Shown piece after piece: positions 58,356-64,000 of a stretch of DNA of 64,000 bases. Source of the stretch: Gammaproteobacteria bacterium (GTDB lineage: Bacteria > Pseudomonadota > Gammaproteobacteria > UBA4575). A program made the translations under genes and the position numbers. The stretch is from positions 44,546-108,545 of the forward strand of contig JAQWYM010000004.1 in the NCBI GenBank assembly GCA_029253965.1, given 5' to 3'. Numbering within the stretch: the first letter of the stretch is position 1; each line of letters opens with the position of its first letter. The notes under the pieces were generated by a model. It saw nothing but the letters and a program-made list of their open reading frames with translations. It was not told the DNA's origin and made no database searches.

Positions 58356-59174
58356 TTATGGCTTGAGTAAGTTTTTCCAGTCAATCATCTTGTCAGCAAA
58401 GACTAAGAAGCCTGGATTTAAAAGTGACTCTTTATTGTAGTGTAAGGGCTCTAATTGTAGGTTGGTGAGATAACCGCCAGCTTCCTCGACAATACTTTGA
58501 GCCGCAGCGGTATCCCATTCCCAAGTAGGCCCAAAGCGTGGGTAAAGGTCGATACTCCCTTCTGCAACGAGGCAAGATTTTAGTGAACTACCGCGCCGGA
58601 TCATCTTCTCGCCATTCAGACTTTCAATGAAACGAATCAATTTTTCACTTTGGTTTGCTCGACCGCCACAAATTCGCATCGGTTGGTTTGATGTTATGGC
58701 CGCATGGATTGGCTGAGCGGCTGCCTGTCCGGTTTTTTTATGCGACCCTAGCCCTTTAGCAGCGTAATAGAGTAAATTGCTGGCAGGCAGATAGATGACC
58801 CCTAAGATTGGCTTCTGCTGCTCGATAAGGGCGATGTTAACCGTAAAGTCAGGACGATCATTAATGAATTCTTTGGTGCCATCCAGTGGATCCACCAGCC
58901 AGAATGGCCCCCAATGTTTACGTTCTGAATAATCATACAACTCAGACTCTTCTGATAATATGGGAAGTTGTGGTGAGAGTTTTTTTAAACCCTGCTGTAT
59001 GATTTCATTAGCGGCTAGATCAGCAGATGTCACTGGTGATTTATCATCTTTGCGGAAGACTTCATACTCTGAACGATAGTATTTGAGGATAGCTTCGCCG
59101 GCCTCTTTGGCAATGTCGTTGCAGGCCTGCATAAGGTCGTCTAGCTGAGTAGCATTAAATTGTGTTTTTGTCAT
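58356..59174 (-). CDS. cysQ: 3'(2'),5'-bisphosphate nucleotidase CysQ
   Basis: Inositol-monophosphatase fold motifs EESE, WLVDPLDGTKEF and WDTAAAQ. Confidence 0.88.
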   Translation of the reverse strand: MTKTQFNATQLDDLMQACNDIAKEAGEAILKYYRSEYEVFRKDDKSPVTSADLAANEIIQQGLKKLSPQLPILSEESELYDYSERKHWGPFWLVDPLDGTKEFINDRPDFTVNIALIEQQKPILGVIYLPASNLLYYAAKGLGSHKKTGQAAAQPIHAAITSNQPMRICGGRANQSEKLIRFIESLNGEKMIRRGSSLKSCLVAEGSIDLYPRFGPTWEWDTAAAQSIVEEAGGYLTNLQLEPLHYNKESLLNPGFLVFADKMIDWKNLLKP

Positions 59175-59305
59175 AGTCGTTAACTAGCCCTAGTCTGTTG
59201 CAGTTGGATAGATAGGGCTATGATCCGATAGAGCAGCATGAATAGTATCTTTCACAGCGGAAAAATGATTTACCTAATTGTAGCGTATGGAGAAGTTGAG
59301 TGCCG

Positions 59306-59980
59306 ATGAATTCTTTAATAGATTGGCAGGGCATTGATACCGTTTTATTAGATATGGACGGAACTTTAATGGACCTGGGTTTTGATAATTATTTTTGGCA
59401 TGAGTTTCTGCCAGAGCGCTATGCGAAATTAAATGGACTCGTTTTGAAAGAAGCAAAGGTGGACTTAATTGCCCGTTACCGCGCCAAGGGCGGTAGCTTA
59501 CAGTTTTACTGTACGGACTATTGGAGTGCAGAGCTAGGCCTAGATATCGTCAGTATGAAACATGAGGTTAAGCATCTGATCCAGCTGTTTCCCTTGGTTA
59601 CAAATTTTCTGACGTGGCTGAGAGAGAGTGGTAAGCGAGTCGTACTATGTACGAATGCACATCTAGATATTGTTGAGATTAAGCTGGCTAAGACGGGTAT
59701 TGGTCATCACTTTGACCGCATTATTTCATCTCATAGCTACGGTCATGCAAAAGAATCGCAGTTGTTCTGGAAGGAGTTAGACGAGGACGAAAAGCCGAGC
59801 CTAGCACGCACACTACTGGTGGATGATAACGTCGAGGTATTATCGGCAGCAAAGCAATACGGTGTCGCTCATTTAATTAGTATATGGCAGCCAGATAGCA
59901 CTGAGCCAGTACAGGATACTGCAGGCTTTGCTGCGATTAATGGCTTTGCTGATTTGGTGCCAGAGTTGCGTACAGTTTAG
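59306..59980 (+). CDS. HAD-superfamily hydrolase (GMP/IMP nucleotidase YrfG-like)
   Basis: DMDGTL motif I, CTNA motif II and VDDN motif IV. The track ORF starts 2 codons earlier, at a GTG. Confidence 0.75.
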   Translation: MNSLIDWQGIDTVLLDMDGTLMDLGFDNYFWHEFLPERYAKLNGLVLKEAKVDLIARYRAKGGSLQFYCTDYWSAELGLDIVSMKHEVKHLIQLFPLVTNFLTWLRESGKRVVLCTNAHLDIVEIKLAKTGIGHHFDRIISSHSYGHAKESQLFWKELDEDEKPSLARTLLVDDNVEVLSAAKQYGVAHLISIWQPDSTEPVQDTAGFAAINGFADLVPELRTV

Positions 59981-60402
59981 CCACGCTGCCATGTTTTGAA
60001 GCGTTTTTTGCAGTAAACCAAGAGCTCAGCGTAGTTGCGAAAGTAGAGATCAAAGCCGTCGCTAGGAGCAGCATCAAACTCGCAAAAGTCGTTCGTGTAG
60101 GTTCGACAGATTTCAGGCCTAGTCTCATAAATGCCACAGCGTCCATCACCTTGAATATGCTCACAACGCCCAGCAATGAGTAGATACCAACCGTCTTCAT
60201 CTTTGTATATTTCAATATTCTTATGCGAAACCTGCCAGAGTAAATGCTCGAATTCAGATTTCTTTCTTGGTGTGTCGATAAGCTGCGTAATATAAGTACA
60301 GCAAATCGTATTAGTGCAAAAACCACATTTATTCTCAGCCGTTATTTTAATGCTGGGATCTAAGGATTTTTTAATTTCAGCAAATCGGATAATGGTATCC
60401 AT
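59977..60402 (-). CDS. YkgJ-family cysteine-cluster protein (CxxCxxCC / putative Zn- or Fe-binding)
   Basis: CGFCTNTICC near the N-terminus and CEHIQGDGRCGIYETRPEICRTY later, matching the YkgJ/UPF0153 pattern. AGGAG SD 8 nt before the ATG at 60402, overlapping the upstream stop codon. Confidence 0.75.
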   Translation of the reverse strand: MDTIIRFAEIKKSLDPSIKITAENKCGFCTNTICCTYITQLIDTPRKKSEFEHLLWQVSHKNIEIYKDEDGWYLLIAGRCEHIQGDGRCGIYETRPEICRTYTNDFCEFDAAPSDGFDLYFRNYAELLVYCKKRFKTWQRG

Positions 60403-60413
60403 GCAGATTACTC

Positions 60414-60800
60414 CTATGAGCCAGATTGATCCCAAGCATAAGCGCAGTCTAACTCGGAGCGTACCTGCTTAAGGCCGTCGGCATCAACGACGATGAGTTC
60501 AATGGGGCGCTTATTTTTGAAACGGCGATGTGGCGTATGCAGCCAACGCGAGCCCATATAGGCATTACGAGGAAAGGTGGTGCGAAGTGCTTCTGCAATG
60601 CCAGCAATATGCTCGATACGAACAGCAGTATGCTGTCCATGAGGGAAGGCTTCACCTTTTCTGAACTTATCTAAGTGACGTAAACGTACCTTGCTTGGTA
60701 GGTCTAAGACATGCAGGATTTGATTACCATCTAATCCCCATTCGTCTAGTAAACGCATAACATTAGTTGCAATTGCACTCTCTACGTCAGTTTCGTTCAT
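60414..60800 (-). CDS. DUF2384-like (Xre/MbcA/ParS antitoxin-type) protein
   Basis: 128 aa. The C-terminal RWLHTPHRRFKNKRPIELIVVDADGLKQVRSELD fits the remembered DUF2384 pattern (W L..P...l....P.ell....G...V...L). The N-terminal half is HTH-like. Confidence 0.55.
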   Translation of the reverse strand: MNETDVESAIATNVMRLLDEWGLDGNQILHVLDLPSKVRLRHLDKFRKGEAFPHGQHTAVRIEHIAGIAEALRTTFPRNAYMGSRWLHTPHRRFKNKRPIELIVVDADGLKQVRSELDCAYAWDQSGS

Positions 60801-60804
60801 AATA

Positions 60805-60838
60805 GCTTAGTGTCTAATGCTTAGTGTCTAATGCTTAG
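60805..60838. repeat. 14-bp tandem repeat, 2.4 copies (GCTTAGTGTCTAAT)
   Basis: GCTTAGTGTCTAAT GCTTAGTGTCTAAT GCTTAG read directly. It contains the stop codon of the 60828-61145 gene and fills the spacer to the next gene. Confidence 0.9.
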
Positions 60839-61145
60839 GATCTTTATCACTAGGGCCTTTGTTAATCGATTTTTTAAGTGAATCCATTGAAACTACAGTC
60901 GTAGTCTTTGGCTCATCAACGTAATGAGGGCGAAGATCTAAGTCAATTCCACGCTCTTCTGTCAGCTCGCGCTCACGTGCAGAGATTAAGCCAAAACATT
61001 GGCGCACATCTTCTATTGTGGTTTCACTAAGGACATTACGCATACCGGGTCCACTGGGTGCTGTATCTTTTACAACAGCAGCGAGGACCTTACGCATTAT
61101 AAGTAAGATTCGTTGTTCTTTACTGGGTTTGTTTTCGTCTGTCAT
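60828..61145 (-). CDS. Hypothetical protein, first gene of a three-gene operon
   Basis: 105 aa, charged, with no TM segment. No family recognised. Same strand as the two downstream genes, with a 27-nt spacer. Confidence 0.55.
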   Translation of the reverse strand: MTDENKPSKEQRILLIMRKVLAAVVKDTAPSGPGMRNVLSETTIEDVRQCFGLISARERELTEERGIDLDLRPHYVDEPKTTTVVSMDSLKKSINKGPSDKDPKH

Positions 61146-61269
61146 GGTTACAGAGTGCTATGAGTTAACTATTTTGTATTTTGAGCTACAAAGCATAGCA
61201 TGCCTCTGAGTCGATCGTGTAGGATCTGTAAAGGTGATTGTTATAAATGAATAGATAGAGGATTTGGTT

Positions 61270-61581
61270 ATGGCTGAAGCTAGTGTTAAGTTTTCACCAG
61301 GTGTCATCATTAAACATCAAAAGTTTCATTACCGCGGTGTAATATTTGATGTGGATCTTACATTTGAAGGCAGCGCCGAGTGGTATCAGCAAGTAGCTTT
61401 ATCTAGGCCACCCAAAGATGCGCCTTGGTACCATGTGCTGGTTGATGGGTCGCAGCAGATTAGTTATGTAGCAGAACGTCATCTGGCATTGTCTGATGAT
61501 TTTAGTGTGATTAACCATCCCTTGGTTAATCAATTATTTACTGGCCTAGTTGGCCAACATTATCAGGTGTATCAACAATAA
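61270..61581 (+). CDS. hspQ: Heat-shock protein HspQ (YccV, hemimethylated-DNA-binding domain)
   Basis: KFSPGVIIKHQKFHYRGVIFDVD...APWYHVLV parallels E. coli HspQ. ATG at 61270 has a GAGGA SD. Confidence 0.82.
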   Translation: MAEASVKFSPGVIIKHQKFHYRGVIFDVDLTFEGSAEWYQQVALSRPPKDAPWYHVLVDGSQQISYVAERHLALSDDFSVINHPLVNQLFTGLVGQHYQVYQQ

Positions 61582-61586
61582 CTATT

Positions 61587-62054
61587 ATGTTTAAAAAAAT
61601 TGAACAGTGGCTTAGTAGCACACTTAAAAAGAAAGTTGAGGAAGACGATAAACGCACTACTGATTTAGCTGCAGCCATGCTGATGCTTGAGATTAGTCGT
61701 GCTGATTTAAAAATTGTCGATAGTGAAAAGCAGGCGATAGTGAAAAATTTAGTGACACAGTTTGATTTATCAGACGAAGAAGCAGTGGCTTTATTGGAAC
61801 ATGCTATGGCCGATCAGGACGAACATCTTTCAGCACATCCATTGATACGAATGATTAATGATGAGATGGATATTGAAGCTAGACGAGAATTAATGCGAGG
61901 AATGTGGCGCGTTGCCTATGCTGATGGAGAGCTTGAAAAATATGAGGAGTACCATCTTCGAAAAACTGCCGATTGGCTCTATCTACCCCATGCAGACTTT
62001 ATTAAGAGTAAGCATGCGGTGATGGACGAATTGGGTATTCCTCATGAGGTTTAA
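61587..62054 (+). CDS. TerB-family (tellurite-resistance TerB-like / DjlA N-domain-like) protein
   Basis: 155 aa. Pattern AAAMLMLEISRAD...MWRVAYADGELEKYEE, typical of TerB-like helical domains. Confidence 0.65.
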   Translation: MFKKIEQWLSSTLKKKVEEDDKRTTDLAAAMLMLEISRADLKIVDSEKQAIVKNLVTQFDLSDEEAVALLEHAMADQDEHLSAHPLIRMINDEMDIEARRELMRGMWRVAYADGELEKYEEYHLRKTADWLYLPHADFIKSKHAVMDELGIPHEV

Positions 62055-62068
62055 GGCTAAAAAACACC

Positions 62069-62404
62069 TTAAACCATATCTTTCAAACCTTTCAAAGGCA
62101 GAATCTTAACGGCCTTACGAGCAGGTTTTGCTGCAAACACAGTCTCTTCGCCAGTAAAAGGGTTAATACCCTTACGTGCTTTAGTTGCTGGTTTTTTAAC
62201 AGACTTAATTTTGCATAGACCTAAGACATTGAATAAACCTGAGCCACGTGGCTTAAGTTCTTTCGCAATCAATTCATCTAGTGATGTGAACACAGCTGCA
62301 ACTTGTTTGCGTGTTAGTTCAGTATCAGTAGCAATTGAATTTAGGATCTCTGATTTTGTTGGTGGTTTCTTTACAGCCGGAGCTGCTTTCTTCTTAACGG
62401 CCAT
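62069..62404 (-). CDS. HU-family DNA-binding protein with a lysine/alanine/proline-rich N-terminal extension
   Basis: Residues from about 17 to 111 align with HU (ELTRKQVAAVF...GINPFTGEE...). They are preceded by MAVKKKAAPAVKKPPTK. Confidence 0.75.
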   Translation of the reverse strand: MAVKKKAAPAVKKPPTKSEILNSIATDTELTRKQVAAVFTSLDELIAKELKPRGSGLFNVLGLCKIKSVKKPATKARKGINPFTGEETVFAAKPARKAVKILPLKGLKDMV

Positions 62405-62588
62405 GTTTTATAGCTCCTCTAGGTAAGAGTATGTTGAGTGATGGTCATAATTTTTTGGCAGCCAGATAATCATTGGCAGCTATTATCAAACTTTCTTATT
62501 ATCATTAAATTGTACACAAGCTGAACATGGGTGCAATGTAATTAATAAACTAATTACACTATAAATAAGCCTATAGAGCGTTATTTAC

Positions 62589-63137
62589 TCAAATGGAACG
62601 TAATATTATGCTCGCGCAGTACAAAACAAAGATAACTGCCATTGCAGACAAGTCGATTGCACCGACTGCTGGAATATAGCGACGTGCCAGCGATAGCATC
62701 GGCTGAGTCAAACTATCCAAAATAGAGAGCATCGGATTATTGTTGCTATACGGGTTTGCGAACCAACTCATCACGGCACGAATCATCACGGCGTAAAGTA
62801 AAATTGTGATTAACTTTTCGGCCATAGAAATAGCCGCAAGAGGGATGATTTGTATGATATTAAATGACACATCACGCAGCGTCAGTATCAGGTATAAATG
62901 CAGTAAAGAAAAACCAAATATAAGTAACCAGGTGCCTGAATCAATGCGCCCCCATGCAGGAATAACTCTATGCATAGGGTTAACAACAGGATTGGTTGCC
63001 TTGATAACAAACTGTGCGATTGGGTTATAAAAATCTGCTTTTACCCAAGCTAAGAGAATGCGAATTATGAGTAGTGCGATATATAGGCCTAATAAGCTAT
63101 CGACAATGAAATAAGAAAGATTAGTAAGGGCTTGCAC
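62589..63137 (-). CDS. yggT: YggT family membrane protein
   Basis: 182 aa with duplicated YggT-type TM repeats. Sits downstream of proC, as is typical. Confidence 0.82.
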   Translation of the reverse strand: MQALTNLSYFIVDSLLGLYIALLIIRILLAWVKADFYNPIAQFVIKATNPVVNPMHRVIPAWGRIDSGTWLLIFGFSLLHLYLILTLRDVSFNIIQIIPLAAISMAEKLITILLYAVMIRAVMSWFANPYSNNNPMLSILDSLTQPMLSLARRYIPAVGAIDLSAMAVIFVLYCASIILRSI

Positions 63138-63162
63138 CGAATAGGCTCCTGCTGTTTGGGCT

Positions 63163-63990
63163 TTATTGAAAGGATTGACTGATTTCTTTACTGCGCTCAG
63201 CTGCAGAATTTAGTGCCTCAGTAATTAGACGCTGTAAATCGTTACTGCTTAAGCTGTTTATTGCGGCCTCAGTGGTGCCTCCCTTCGAGGTCACATTACT
63301 GCGTAATTCGGCAAAACTTGCTTCTGAGGCTAAGGCTAATTTGGCTGCGCCATGAATCATTTCTAGGGTCAGTAAAGTGCTTTGTTCATTATTCAATCCT
63401 AAAGCTTGCCCACTTTTTTGTAGGCATTCCATGAAATAAAAGAGGTAGGCTGGTCCACTGCCAGATAACGCCGTTACAGCATCTAAAGCAGACTCATCAT
63501 TGAGCCAAAGTGTTTTGCCAACACTACTCAGTATGCTCTCAGCCTTATGACGATAGCTAACCACTGTGCTTTCATTCGTGTAAAGCCCCGTCATGCCATA
63601 GCCAATCGCTGCTGGCGTATTTGGCATCGACCTAATAATAACGGCTGCAGAACCTAAATTATCTTGTAATAGCTGATGGGAAATACCTGCTGCCACCGAT
63701 ATAAAAAGACTTTTAGCGGTATCCATTGAGCTGGCGATACGGCGACAGAGGTCTAGAGTATCTTTGGGTTTCAGCGCAAGAATAAAACTAGCAGGTGTTC
63801 TCACGGCATCCTTAAACGTTGATAACGAACAGTCTGGAAAGCTCAGAGCGAACTGCTCAGCCTCTGCAGCATGACGATAGACTAAGTGTATATGCTGTGC
63901 AGGGAAATCATGATTTAACAGTCCTCGCGCTAGACTAGCGCCCATGTTGCCAAGGCCAATTACGACAATCTTTTTATCTTCGTCTTGCAT
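63163..63990 (-). CDS. proC: Pyrroline-5-carboxylate reductase
   Basis: VIGLGNMGASL NADP-binding motif, RSMPNTPA, and VTSKGGTTEAAI near the C-terminus. Confidence 0.93.
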   Translation of the reverse strand: MQDEDKKIVVIGLGNMGASLARGLLNHDFPAQHIHLVYRHAAEAEQFALSFPDCSLSTFKDAVRTPASFILALKPKDTLDLCRRIASSMDTAKSLFISVAAGISHQLLQDNLGSAAVIIRSMPNTPAAIGYGMTGLYTNESTVVSYRHKAESILSSVGKTLWLNDESALDAVTALSGSGPAYLFYFMECLQKSGQALGLNNEQSTLLTLEMIHGAAKLALASEASFAELRSNVTSKGGTTEAAINSLSSNDLQRLITEALNSAAERSKEISQSFQ

Positions 63991-64000
63991 CTAATACCCC

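Overview
This window reads as mostly conserved chromosomal core of a gammaproteobacterium. Hand counts of sample 60-nt lines give roughly 50% G+C in core genes. About 65 protein genes are densely packed: ubiE-ubiJ-ubiB, uvrD, a TRAP transporter, polA, engB, cytochromes c4 and c5 with dsbA, comM/yifB, ubiK, a porin-glnK-amtB unit, speE/speA, nadA, argS, priA, hemH, rpmE, rph-rdgB-hemW, yicC, cbpA with a Do-family protease, moaD/moaC, asmA, mutY-yggX, an LplT-Aas fusion, cysQ, hspQ, yggT and proC. There is one RNA gene, tRNA-Phe(GAA) at 45536-45611. It is followed by the only clearly accessory segment, about 9 kb of visibly lower G+C (45.6 to about 54.9 kb). That segment carries a frameshifted tyrosine-integrase remnant, envelope proteins, a symporter-like transporter, an MscS channel, a MOSC protein and an OxyR-like regulator. 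I found no CRISPR array, intact transposon, prophage or recognisable defence island. The best candidates for undescribed biology are: (1) a tightly coupled three-gene operon at 59977-61145, pairing a DUF2384/Xre-MbcA-ParS-like antitoxin-type protein with a YkgJ-type cysteine-cluster protein instead of a known toxin; (2) two copies of the same paired DnaA-box module upstream of priA and rpmE; (3) a sigma-54 promoter driving a TorF-family porin ahead of glnK-amtB; (4) a structured, terminator-ended spacer between polA and engB, where enterobacteria carry Spot 42; (5) an unlisted 45-aa DUF2256 gene overlapping the ycgL stop. All functional calls come from reading motifs and remembered family signatures. 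No database search was possible.
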